Assembly: GCA_048550275.1 (NCBI GenBank)
Contig: JBLYYU010000210.1
Coordinates: 1 to 45,484 of the forward strand
Origin: Polyangiales bacterium
Lineage (GTDB): Bacteria > Myxococcota_A > Polyangia > Polyangiales > Houyiibacteriaceae
Reading direction: 5' to 3'
Length of the DNA: 45,484 nt
In this document: positions 15,982 to 24,867 of the stretch, in pieces
How positions within the stretch are numbered: position 1 is the stretch's first letter
How the letters are laid out: every line of letters starts with the position of its first letter
Made by a program: the position numbers and the translations under genes
Notes under the pieces: generated by a model
Databases searched by the model: none
Told to the model about the DNA's origin: nothing
The model's input: only the letters and a program-made list of their open reading frames with translations

Positions 15982-16674
15982 TTAAGGAACCCACAGGTAG
16001 CCGTGGCCGCGCTCCGTTCGGCACTTGTCGAAGGACGGCTCGAGCTCGCGGAAACGCAGTCGAATGCCGCGAATGTGCGCGGCGATCGTGTTGTTTGCGA
16101 CGCAAATGCCCGCAGCTCGCATGAGCGCTTCCGCGGTCTTTGGCTGTGGTGCGTCGATCGCGAGCTCTCTCACGATGCGATAGTAGGTGAGGGAAAGCTG
16201 CACCGGCGTTTCGCGCCAGAAGGCTGCGCAGCGACGTGATTCGATGCGAAGCGAGCCTACCACGATCGCGGGACTCGGAGGTTTGGGTCGATCCAAGAGC
16301 GTGTCGTGGCGGGCAAGCAAAGTCTCCAATCGTATGCCGAGAAACCGGAGGCTCGCGTCGCGCGGGATGTGATCATCAGCCCCAGCACGAAACCCCAGAA
16401 TCCGTTCTTCCTCGCTCGTATGGGCGGTGAGGAACGCGACTGGGAGTCGCGGCCACAAGGCCCGGATATCCGAACAGAGTCGAATGCCGCCATCGCGCTC
16501 GACACCGAGCGGCACGTCGAGCAGCGCCAGGTCTGGGGGCGCCGTCGAAAACGCCCTGAAAGCCGGTACGCGTTCGCCAAAAGCCTGAACCCGATATCCC
16601 GAGGCCCGTAAGAACTCGGCGTAGTTTTCGCGGACAACCCGGTCGCCCTGCACCAGAGCAATCGTTCGTTCCAT
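15982..16674 (-). CDS. OmpR/PhoB-family response regulator (atypical receiver, no adjacent histidine kinase)
   Basis: The start was trimmed to the Met at 16674 (MERTIALVQGD...), giving 231 aa. The receiver has a phospho-acceptor context (PDLALLDVPL) and the sequence FLTAHTSEEE. The C-terminal winged helix reads VQLSLTYYRIVRELA...NTIAAHIRGIRLRF...RGHGYLW. The acidic pocket reads QGD rather than DD/DE. The conserved Lys position reads GADDHIPRD rather than GADDY-x-x-KP. Confidence 0.85.
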   Translation of the reverse strand: MERTIALVQGDRVVRENYAEFLRASGYRVQAFGERVPAFRAFSTAPPDLALLDVPLGVERDGGIRLCSDIRALWPRLPVAFLTAHTSEEERILGFRAGADDHIPRDASLRFLGIRLETLLARHDTLLDRPKPPSPAIVVGSLRIESRRCAAFWRETPVQLSLTYYRIVRELAIDAPQPKTAEALMRAAGICVANNTIAAHIRGIRLRFRELEPSFDKCRTERGHGYLWVP

Positions 16675-16952
16675 CGTCAACCTCGATACTTTGTCAAAAC
16701 GCTCACTGCCCCTCATACGCGCGACGCTGGATTCTGGTCGCGAAAAATGAAAATGAGCCAGTGGCGGTTTTCCTAGACACGCGAGCGTTCTGTGCCGCGC
16801 CACTCGCGGGTCGTGCCGCCCTCGGTGAGGTTGTCGGTCAAGCGTCAACGTGGGCCGTTGTCGCGCGAATCCTTGTTTGGATAGGTTCGCCCGACTTTGT
16901 GATCAACGACGGGTTGGGGTGCCATCGCTGATTAGAGATCCGCCCATGAAGA

Positions 16953-17065
16953 CTAGCCTCTCAGCCCATCGGGATAACGACTAGCGCCGAATTGCGCGGC
17001 ACCAGGTTTTGTGTCGTGTGGGGCGTCGCGGAGAGGGGCGTTGACTTGCCTATCTGCATCCCGGG
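16953..17065 (+). repeat. Dispersed intergenic repeat, family 1, copy B
   Basis: CTAGCCTCTCAGCCCATCGGGATAACGACTAGCGCCGAATTGCGCGGCACCAG...GCGTCGCGGAGAGG...GCCTAT...CCGGG is collinear with copy A (9935-10049). It sits in the divergent intergenic region between the response regulator and the 17240 gene. Confidence 0.7.
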
Positions 17066-17094
17066 TCGGATCTCGCTCAGCGGGTCGGCGAGCT

Positions 17095-17149
17095 TTCATC
17101 TTGCTTCACGATGATTCATCAAGATTCACGCCAACTCACACTAATTCAC
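17095..17149 (+). promoter_or_regulatory. Array of six 10-bp-phased TTCAY pentamers (candidate winged-helix response-regulator binding array)
   Basis: TTCAT(17095) TTCAC(17105) TTCAT(17115) TTCAC(17125) CTCAC(17135) TTCAC(17145) are spaced at exactly 10 bp. Four of the six are preceded by A (ATTCA / ACTCA). The array ends 90 bp upstream of the ATG at 17240, which has a GGAGG 6 nt upstream. The protein partner is inferred, not shown. Confidence 0.6.
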
Positions 17150-17239
17150 AACCACCTAGGGCAACCTTCCAAGTCTAGCGGCGGACCGTCGCAGTTCTGA
17201 ACCGAACTTGGCGTTCGTGTCTAAACCCGGAGGTGAGCG

Positions 17240-19171
17240 ATGTCTGATGAGAGCAGCACGAGAAGAGCGAAGAAAGCCCAAGGCGGCCGTTTTGGGAAAT
17301 GCACAGTTGGCTCCTTCTTGCCGCTGATCCTTGCAGGGGCGTACTTCAGTATGGGTCCGTCAGATTGCGGTGGGGATATCGAGGGAGATGTCACGCCAGA
17401 GAATCTGAAGCTCTACACCGAACTCGCCTCGATCGAGATTCCGATTCTCAAAAGCGAGAGCTGGGACGGCGGTACAGAAGAGCCGTATTTCATTGGGTTC
17501 GAGTGGTGGGCCACCTCCAAGAACGCCGAAACCAATCAAAACGGAAACTCGAACGTGAAGATCCTCAACCGGTTCCCAGGCAGCGATGACCTGCCGTCAC
17601 AGGCGGTTCGACGCCAGATGGTCGAGGGATCGCAGGTTTTGTTGCCTGAGACGTTCAGCCGAACCTGGGGCCTCTTCGACGAACAGGTTCTTCCAAAAAC
17701 ATTGGAAGACGCCGAGAATAGTCACGTCAAAATCTCTGGGATCACGATCTGTGCGTTTGAAGATGACACGGACGGTGATTCCCCGTTCGTCTACAATCGC
17801 GTCTACGAATACGCGCAAAGCGCGCAAGGCGATTTTAAGAAGGATCTCGAAGCGTTCACGCAGAGAACGATCTCCGACCCCTACATTGCCGAGAAGGCGA
17901 ACGTTGTCGGCATCATCACCTCGGTTCTGGGAATCGCGGTCGACCTCGTTCCAAAGCTCATCGCGCTGTTCAAGAAGGACCCGCCAACTCCAGACGACTT
18001 CGCTGGGTGTGCTTCTTTCGCCTATGTCGGCGTGCCACACTCGGTGCTCGACGATATCCCGGGACCGAAGCCGCCCTGCTACTCGTCTTCCCGAAACCTC
18101 TTGTGCCCGATCGACGCACGACCGGAGGACATTCCCTATCTAGAGGAACAGCGTCGCGACGACGGAGTGCCCCCTCAGCTACGATTCGTGGTCCTAGGGG
18201 ACGAAGACCCCGGCCCCTCGAGCGAAGGACTCGATATACGGCTAAACCGTACCTGGCTTGCCGACGTCGAACTCCGCACAGGCCTCTACCGAACGTCGCG
18301 CTCGGCACACGAGACGTACACCGTGGCTGCCGGTGCGACCGCCGGTGACCTTTGGATTCCAGCTCCGACACACCAGCGACTCGTTACTTCCGGCCAGCGA
18401 GTTCTTCGGTTTGCCCACGTGGTGGACTACCAAACGCTCTGGACGCCGCTCTTGAATTTTGACATTCGCCCGTCCGGCTCGGGCTTTCTGCTCGACGTGG
18501 TCGCCGGCTTGCCCGTGTCCAGTGTGTCCGTCCGAGTGTCCACCGTCACGCTCCCGCAGGAAGTCGAAGTACATCGGGAGACTGCAACAATTTCGTCCGG
18601 AGAGACCTTCACATTCTGGTATCCCGAGGCTTATCAACCCAGCGATCGTTACGTTGTCATCCCGGAAATCCTCTCCCTTCAGCAGGGACTCGGTCGCTTC
18701 GAGTTCGAGGTCGAATCATATCCAGATCGAGCCGAGGTTCGGCTTCAGGGCTACCAATTTCCCCATACGCTTCCGGTCAATTGGCCTGGTACTGATGGGC
18801 CTGACGTCCAGATGACTGTGCGAATGACGTGGATCAGTGGAACCGATCCCGATTTGCGGGCGCCGATGAACGTCAAGCGATTGCACGTGACTTCCAATCA
18901 AGAGGTCAACAACGGTGCCGCCGATCCAGAGGAGCGCACATTGAACGATTGGAACGCGAGCCAAGCAGACGGTGCGAACCTTTATTTCCTGGACGCTTTT
19001 GACTCGGACCTGTCTCACAATAGCGGCTGGCATGTGCGCGCGGTCGGCGCCGAGTTCTTGGAGTACGACACGGGAACGGCCCGCTTGTTGGTTCAAGACA
19101 CCTACGACTTCGAGGGCGGTTCGGCCGCGTGGGCCCGCGGAAAGCTCGTGAATATCTCGTTCATGGAATAG
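17240..19171 (+). CDS. Hypothetical exported protein, no recognisable family (ORFan)
   Basis: 643-aa ORF with a good RBS (GGAGGtgagcgATG). The basic N-terminus is followed by a hydrophobic segment (SFLPLILAGAYFSMG) and there is one internal hydrophobic/amphipathic stretch (VVGIITSVLGIAVDLVPKLIALF). G+C is visibly lower, and the composition richer in N/K/E/S/T, than in neighbouring genes. I could not match any catalytic motif. Confidence 0.7.
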   Translation: MSDESSTRRAKKAQGGRFGKCTVGSFLPLILAGAYFSMGPSDCGGDIEGDVTPENLKLYTELASIEIPILKSESWDGGTEEPYFIGFEWWATSKNAETNQNGNSNVKILNRFPGSDDLPSQAVRRQMVEGSQVLLPETFSRTWGLFDEQVLPKTLEDAENSHVKISGITICAFEDDTDGDSPFVYNRVYEYAQSAQGDFKKDLEAFTQRTISDPYIAEKANVVGIITSVLGIAVDLVPKLIALFKKDPPTPDDFAGCASFAYVGVPHSVLDDIPGPKPPCYSSSRNLLCPIDARPEDIPYLEEQRRDDGVPPQLRFVVLGDEDPGPSSEGLDIRLNRTWLADVELRTGLYRTSRSAHETYTVAAGATAGDLWIPAPTHQRLVTSGQRVLRFAHVVDYQTLWTPLLNFDIRPSGSGFLLDVVAGLPVSSVSVRVSTVTLPQEVEVHRETATISSGETFTFWYPEAYQPSDRYVVIPEILSLQQGLGRFEFEVESYPDRAEVRLQGYQFPHTLPVNWPGTDGPDVQMTVRMTWISGTDPDLRAPMNVKRLHVTSNQEVNNGAADPEERTLNDWNASQADGANLYFLDAFDSDLSHNSGWHVRAVGAEFLEYDTGTARLLVQDTYDFEGGSAAWARGKLVNISFME

Positions 19172-19405
19172 CTCCCGAGTCTGCGCGCTGAACCGTCGAG
19201 CAATGGTGGGAGTGTGCCGGCGGTGTGTCGCGTGAGAGTAGGCGCTGCAAGGTCGTCGTTTTTCCGTGCGCGAGCTCAGGCCGATGCGGTGTACGCCGTT
19301 CATCTAAATTCATAAAAAAAGTTTTCGCCCATCGCGAGTCGAACCCAAGAACCTTCGCCCGACGTTCTTCGAATTCGCAGGCGAAACCCATGGTAGGATG
19401 GCGCG

Positions 19406-21412
19406 ATGAAGGCCGGTGGTTTTCTTTGGTGCCTAGTTTTCGTTCTCTTAGCGTGCAGTAGCTCGAGCTCCGACGCGCCCGAGGTGGTGAGGCCACCGGA
19501 CGACTCGGGGCGAATCTGCCCACCCAATTCACAGCTGAACGCCGCAGGCGATTGCATGCCGATCGACGAGTGTCTTTCCCCGTCGATCAAGCGCATCGGC
19601 TCTTTCGTGATGCCCGACAGAGGCCGAGACGTCGTGCGCCACGAAGACCTGATCTACATGGCCGCTGTAGGGGGAGGGCATGGCCTCGCCGTGCTCGATG
19701 TCAGCGACCCAGTGCGGGCGGCGCAGGTAGCCCACGTCCCAAGCGAAGTCTTCGAGCGGCTCGCGATTCACGACGGCTGGCTCTACGCGCTAGCGGACTC
19801 CGTCTTGATCTTCGATATCACGAACCCGCTCGCGCCCGACGCGGTCGCAACGCTCAATCCACCGGGTAGGCCGAGTGCCATCGCCTTCGAAGGCGACTTT
19901 GCCTACACCGTCGCCGGCGAAGCCGGATTCCGGATCTACGACGTATCGGACCCGAGGAGCCCGCTACCCGTCGGGTTCGTCGACACCGACGCTGGCTCGG
20001 ACGTCGCGGTGCAGGGAGGGCGTGCGTACATCGCCGCGGACTCCGAGGTCTTGATCATCGACGTGTCCGACCCGCTCGCGCCTACCATCGAAGGGTCGCT
20101 GTCGCTCACCGCACAAACCGGAAGAGCCGAGAGTATCGCCGTGGTCGGCGATCGTGCGTATGTCGGAGCCGCCTGGGGGAATTCGAACGGACGGCTCGTC
20201 GCGTTGGACGTGTCGACGCCGTCGACACCGAACTACGAGGGCCAGACGGATCTGCTCGGGTCTCGGATTTTCAGGATCGACGCGCGCGGGGGAACTCTCT
20301 ATGCGGTGGCGTACCACGTGGGCCTCCTCGTCTACGAAATCACCGAGTCTGGAGATCTCTCACTACGTACCACCGTCGAGGCGATAAGCCGGCCGCGCGG
20401 CATCGCGATCGATGACACGACGGCCTACGTCGTGGGCGATAGCGGCCCACTGGCGGTCCTGGATCTCTCCGAGCCGGCAGACCCAAGGCCCGTGTTCTCT
20501 TCGCTGGGACGGTTTCAGGCAGGGAATCTCCACGCCGAGGATGGGCTGCTCTACGTAGGAACTTCGGACGGGCTCTGGATCTTGGACACGACCGACCCAG
20601 CGCGCATCGTGCTCGAAGGGCTCGTCGAGCTTCCCGACGTGACCGTCGATATCGAGGTCTCGGGAGCCACGGCGTACCTCGCGCTTCGGGAGGCCGGGCT
20701 GGCGCTAGTCGACGTATCGGACCCGCGCGCCCCGAGACTGATGTCCGTCACCGACACGCTAGGCGAAGCGTTCAGTGTCAGTGTCCAAGGGTCTTACGCG
20801 TATGTCACGGCCGGGCGGAACGGGCTCTTGGTAGTAGACAGCTCGGATCGCGAAAACCCTTTGGTATTGAGTGGGTTCTCCGCCTCGAGATCTTGGGACG
20901 TCGCGACTCGGGACGGCGTCGCCTATCTCACCGACACAGCGCGCGGACTGATCACGGTTGATGTGACGCGCCCCAGCATGCCGACCGAGCTCGACTCGAT
21001 CGTGGAGGACTCGTCAACCGAGTTCTTCGGCATCACGCTGGTCGGTGACCGCGCCTACGTCAAACACACGCGGAGGGGCCAGTCCGGGTTCATCCACAAC
21101 GGGCTCTCGGTCATTGACATCTCCGATCCCGAGAGACTCGGAAAGATGGAACGCCGCGCCTTGCTGGACCTCACCGACGTGACGACGGACGGCCGCTACC
21201 TCTACCGCGCCAGAGCCGCGTCTCCCGGTTTCGCGAGCGGGCACCTGGCAGTTGACAGCCCGTTTGGTCCGATAGTCTACGATATGACGAACGAAACCAT
21301 CTTCACCTTGGCCGCAACGGAGAACCACATTTACGGCTTGGTCTCCGGCGAGGGGCTCGCCGTGTTCGAGTTCGATGACTGTGGTGCTTCGGATGTGCTC
21401 GGCGTGCCGTGA
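19406..21412 (+). CDS. LVIVD-repeat beta-propeller lipoprotein
   Basis: 668-aa ORF. The lipoprotein signal reads FLWCLVFVLLACSSSS. At least 8 repeats follow the form G-x-x-AY-(V/L)A-x-x-x-G-(L/F)-x-(I/V)(I/V)D(V/L)SDP-x-x-P, for example GDFAYTVAGEAGFRIYDVSDPRSP, GGRAYIAADSEVLIIDVSDPLAP, GATAYLALREAGLALVDVSDPRAP and GSYAYVTAGRNGLLVVDSSDRENP. Confidence 0.8.
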   Translation: MKAGGFLWCLVFVLLACSSSSSDAPEVVRPPDDSGRICPPNSQLNAAGDCMPIDECLSPSIKRIGSFVMPDRGRDVVRHEDLIYMAAVGGGHGLAVLDVSDPVRAAQVAHVPSEVFERLAIHDGWLYALADSVLIFDITNPLAPDAVATLNPPGRPSAIAFEGDFAYTVAGEAGFRIYDVSDPRSPLPVGFVDTDAGSDVAVQGGRAYIAADSEVLIIDVSDPLAPTIEGSLSLTAQTGRAESIAVVGDRAYVGAAWGNSNGRLVALDVSTPSTPNYEGQTDLLGSRIFRIDARGGTLYAVAYHVGLLVYEITESGDLSLRTTVEAISRPRGIAIDDTTAYVVGDSGPLAVLDLSEPADPRPVFSSLGRFQAGNLHAEDGLLYVGTSDGLWILDTTDPARIVLEGLVELPDVTVDIEVSGATAYLALREAGLALVDVSDPRAPRLMSVTDTLGEAFSVSVQGSYAYVTAGRNGLLVVDSSDRENPLVLSGFSASRSWDVATRDGVAYLTDTARGLITVDVTRPSMPTELDSIVEDSSTEFFGITLVGDRAYVKHTRRGQSGFIHNGLSVIDISDPERLGKMERRALLDLTDVTTDGRYLYRARAASPGFASGHLAVDSPFGPIVYDMTNETIFTLAATENHIYGLVSGEGLAVFEFDDCGASDVLGVP

Positions 21413-21447
21413 GCCGGCCTAGGCATCGGGCGTCGACCATTGCAGCG

Positions 21448-22197
21448 CTAGCCGCTCGCAGGTTTGATCACTCCTAGCATTCCACCCAACGGGTCACGAA
21501 ACATCCCAAACCGGCCGACACCCTCAGCGTCCATTGGCGGGCCGACGATAGTCGCGCCGTTCTGTTGAGCGCGATCGAGCGTTGCATCGCAGTCTTCGAC
21601 TTCGACGTACTGCAGCCACATCGTCGGGATGTCTGGGCTTGGCGCCTTGATGATGCCGCCCCGCGCCTCGTCGCCATCGTTGAGCACGTAGTACGTGCCC
21701 TGAGGCATCGGGAACTCCTCGTGGGTATAGCCGAGCACGCCTTCATAGAACGCGAGTGAGGCTTGCGGGTCTTGGGTCCAGAGCTCGTTCCAATGAAGCG
21801 ACCCCGGTCCCTCGGCTCTCGGTGGGTCTCCAGTCTCTGCCTTGTACAGACAGAACATGCCGCCCTGCGCATCGCTCACAGGCTGCATCCGGCCGACACC
21901 AGGGACATCGAAAGCCTCCATGTGGGTCGCGCCACCCGCGGCCTTGATCTTGTTTGCGGTCGCCTCGACGTCTGGCACCGAGACATAACTCACCCAAGCC
22001 GTTGGAACATCCGCCTCGGGCGACAAAATCCCGCCGATCTCGGCGTCGCCGGCCTTGATTAAATTGTACTCGGAACCGTTCTGCATCGTCATCGGTTCGA
22101 TGCGCCAGGGTAGCGTCTCGGGATAAAAGGACCTGGCTCCCTCGACGTCCTTGGTCATCAACTCAAACCAAACAAATCTTCCGTGTTCGTAGCTCAT
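21448..22197 (-). CDS. Two-domain VOC (glyoxalase/bleomycin-resistance/dioxygenase) family protein
   Basis: The start was trimmed to the ATG at 22197 (MSYEHGRFVWFEL), which has an AAGGAG RBS upstream. Two tandem ~120-aa halves each begin with F/H-W-x-EL and end with G-x-G-R-x-x-x-x-x-D-x-x-G-G-M-x-x-x. Together they suggest paired beta-alpha-beta-beta-beta modules. Confidence 0.75.
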   Translation of the reverse strand: MSYEHGRFVWFELMTKDVEGARSFYPETLPWRIEPMTMQNGSEYNLIKAGDAEIGGILSPEADVPTAWVSYVSVPDVEATANKIKAAGGATHMEAFDVPGVGRMQPVSDAQGGMFCLYKAETGDPPRAEGPGSLHWNELWTQDPQASLAFYEGVLGYTHEEFPMPQGTYYVLNDGDEARGGIIKAPSPDIPTMWLQYVEVEDCDATLDRAQQNGATIVGPPMDAEGVGRFGMFRDPLGGMLGVIKPASG

Positions 22198-22491
22198 GAG
22201 GGCTCCTTTCGTTGCAGGGCGGCTGCCCCTCACTCCCCAGTCGAGCCGGGCTTCGATAATTCGACACCCTCGAGCGGTTTTTTACCAGCGGCACGTGGAA
22301 CCCCGCGACTTCATTCGACCTTGCGCATGAGCTGCGCGGAGGCATCGCTGACGTGCGCGTCGTCTCATCGGTGGCGCGCCTACGTCGCCCCCTAGGGGCC
22401 ACTCGGGTGCAGCAAAGAGTCGGTCGCGTTTCCGGCGGTTTTCCTTGGCGCGGCATTGACCGGCCGCCGGGCGACATGATAGCCGGTCGCC

Positions 22492-24783
22492 ATGCTTTCA
22501 GCTCGATTCCTAGCTCTCGCCCTCTGTTTCCTCGCCGTGTTGCTAGGCGGCTGCAGCAGCAGCTCCGGCGGCTCGGAGCTGCCCACGAAGGTGTCTACGC
22601 TTGCGAACCAATGCGTTTCGAGTGCAGCGTCGGATGGCACGCGCTTCATCACCCGAACGCAGTCTGGTGATGCGTTCGAAGCGTCGGCGTCCGCCGGTCT
22701 CGAGCAAGCGTCGCGCTTTCACCTGCGCGCCGCTGATCTCGGCACGTACCTGCTGTTCGATCGAGACGAGCAGTACCTCGTCTCGGACGGCAGTCTTCTC
22801 CAACGGGCCTCGGCGCTCGAGTCCGACACCGTCAAAGTAGGCGATGTCATCGAGATCGACGACGAGTTCCAATCGGAGGGCGAGTGGGAGGTCGAGAGCC
22901 TGACCGGACGTTTCTGGCTGCGGCACATGAAGTCGGGCGGCTACCTCTCTGGATCCGGGGTCGTGGCAGAACGCCGGGATGTCGATGCGGTCGAGCTCGT
23001 CGAGCAGTCCGGCTGCGCAACGTTCCCGGAGCTCACTGTCGACGCAGAGGGTGTTGTCGACCCGATCGAGTTCGAGGATGGCTCCGTCTTCGGGTTCGCC
23101 GAGACGCACACGCACCTGCTCACGAACTTTGGCTTCGCGGGAGGCGGCCTGTATCACGGGTCCGCATTTCACCGGCTCGGCGTCGAGCACGCGCTGCCGG
23201 ACTGCGAAATCCCGCACGGCGAGGAAGGCCGTAAGGATTTGCTCGGCTATTCATTCGATAACCGCGGCCTCTCGGTGCAACAGGTCCTGCTCCCGCTCGT
23301 CGCCGGGGAAACTCCGGGATTCAACCACGCGACTGAGGGCTATCCGGCCTTCACGTCGTGGCCGAACGCGCGTGAGAGCGCTACCCATCAGACCCAGTAC
23401 TACAAGTGGATCGAACGCGCGCATCTCGCCGGAATGCGGCTCCTCGTTCAGCACGCGATGACGATGAAGTTCCTCTGCGACACGTTCGTTGCCTTGGGGA
23501 ACAAGCCCGCTCGCTTCGAATGCAACGACATGGTTTCGGTCGATCGGATCATCGAAGAGACCTACAATTTGGAACGGTACATCGATGCGCAATCAGGCGG
23601 CCCGGGGGAGGGCTGGTTCCGCATCGTCAAGAGCCCAGCCGAGGCGCGCGAAGTCATCCGGGCAGGAAAGCTCGCCGTCCTTCTCGGGATCGAGACGTCC
23701 TTTCTCTTCGACTGTTTCCTGGTGCCGCGGAGCGGTTTCGAGAGGTGTGACGAGGCCACCGTCATCGAGAAGCTGGACGAGTACTACGACAAGGGGGTTC
23801 GCGTTCTCTTTCCGAACCACAAGTTCGACAGCGCATTCTCGGCAGGAGATGGAGACAAGCGTTTCATCGACATCGGCAACTTCGCTTTGACCGGCCATTG
23901 GTCGAACTTCGTCGAGTGCTCCGAAGACCTCCAGGGCTTGCCATCGGTGTTCGACGATGGTGGGCTTTCGTTTCCCGGGATCAACATGCCCCGAGAGGTG
24001 TACGACTCGACCCCCCCTGAGTTGGAGAACGTTCGCGACTACGAAGACGATCCGATTGGGACGCTCGTCCAGTATCTCGATCAGCTCTCGTCCGAAGGTC
24101 CACGCGACGGAGAGTACTGTCAGAATGCGGGACTCACTCCGCTCGGCGAGCGCTTGATCGAAGAGATGATGAAGCGGGGGATCGTGATCGAGATCGACCA
24201 CCTGCCGAGGCTCGCCTACAGGCGGGCTTTCGAGATGCTGGTCGAGAACGACTACCCGGCGGTGGGCACCCACGGCAACAACAATGATGGGCTGCTCTAC
24301 GAGCTCGGCGGCGTCTCCAAGTCGGGTTTTGGCCGCTGCCGTTCGGCGACCGAACCGGCCACGATGGATGATGGCTACCAGGCGCGGATCCAGCTCATGC
24401 GTGACAAGGGAGCCTTCCCCGCCGAGGGATTCGGCTTCGACTTCAACGGCTTTGCCGGCGCGCCCGGGCCCCGATTCGGAAACGAGAGCAACTGCGAAAA
24501 CCAGGAGGATCGGATCAGCTATCCGTTCACGTCGTATGCGGGTGACATCACCTTTCAGCAGCCGAAGCTCGGAAATCGCAGCGTGGACTTCAACACCGAG
24601 GGCATGATTCACCTCGGCTTGGTCGCGGAGCTCATCGAAGAGGTCCGCCGCGATGGAGTCTCCGACGAAGACCTGGAGCCACTGTTCAAGTCCGCGGAAG
24701 GCTACCTACGGATGTGGGAAAAGGCCGAACGACGAGGCGCAGCGCTGAGCAGCAACCCCAGCTCCCAGAGGGTGTCTAGATAA
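22492..24783 (+). CDS. Large lipoprotein, putative metal-dependent hydrolase (membrane-dipeptidase/amidohydrolase-like core; function uncertain)
   Basis: 763-aa ORF. The lipoprotein signal reads FLALALCFLAVLLGGCSSSS. The N-terminal ~150 aa look like a beta-trefoil-type binding module. The core then has FAETHTHLL (an HxH metal motif), LLGIETS, LFPNHKFDSAF, VIEIDHLPR and GTHGNNND. This order resembles the metal ligands of M19/amidohydrolase-fold enzymes. The ORF call is solid and the functional call is weak. Confidence 0.45.
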   Translation: MLSARFLALALCFLAVLLGGCSSSSGGSELPTKVSTLANQCVSSAASDGTRFITRTQSGDAFEASASAGLEQASRFHLRAADLGTYLLFDRDEQYLVSDGSLLQRASALESDTVKVGDVIEIDDEFQSEGEWEVESLTGRFWLRHMKSGGYLSGSGVVAERRDVDAVELVEQSGCATFPELTVDAEGVVDPIEFEDGSVFGFAETHTHLLTNFGFAGGGLYHGSAFHRLGVEHALPDCEIPHGEEGRKDLLGYSFDNRGLSVQQVLLPLVAGETPGFNHATEGYPAFTSWPNARESATHQTQYYKWIERAHLAGMRLLVQHAMTMKFLCDTFVALGNKPARFECNDMVSVDRIIEETYNLERYIDAQSGGPGEGWFRIVKSPAEAREVIRAGKLAVLLGIETSFLFDCFLVPRSGFERCDEATVIEKLDEYYDKGVRVLFPNHKFDSAFSAGDGDKRFIDIGNFALTGHWSNFVECSEDLQGLPSVFDDGGLSFPGINMPREVYDSTPPELENVRDYEDDPIGTLVQYLDQLSSEGPRDGEYCQNAGLTPLGERLIEEMMKRGIVIEIDHLPRLAYRRAFEMLVENDYPAVGTHGNNNDGLLYELGGVSKSGFGRCRSATEPATMDDGYQARIQLMRDKGAFPAEGFGFDFNGFAGAPGPRFGNESNCENQEDRISYPFTSYAGDITFQQPKLGNRSVDFNTEGMIHLGLVAELIEEVRRDGVSDEDLEPLFKSAEGYLRMWEKAERRGAALSSNPSSQRVSR

Positions 24784-24867
24784 AGCGCGTCTTGCCCTTG
24801 GTTCAATACCACACCCCGGGGTCTCCCTACCGTTGATCGCCTGGTCAGCCTCCGATAGAACCAGGGC

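Noticed and set aside
17240-19171. The idea that the 643-aa ORFan is a gasdermin-like pore former, paired with the caspase-fold protease 1.3 kb upstream.
   Set aside because: There is no sequence feature I can tie to gasdermins. The protein is far larger than bacterial gasdermins, an oppositely oriented regulator gene separates it from the protease, and the protease belongs to a different operon. The idea is too speculative to report as a finding.
19321-19405. A tRNA-like fragment on the minus strand. The reverse complement contains GGGTTCGACTC, resembling a T-loop GGTTCGA motif, followed by ...ATGGGCGA and a T-run. It sits next to the AT-rich patch after the ORFan gene and could have been a tRNA or an att-site remnant.
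   Set aside because: I could not fold a cloverleaf. The putative T-stem has a G/G mismatch, there is no 5-bp/7-nt anticodon arm, the only acceptor-like pairing (TCGCC/GGCGA) spans just 60 nt, and there is no D-arm. At most it is a degenerate fragment. A tRNA covariance-model scan would settle it.
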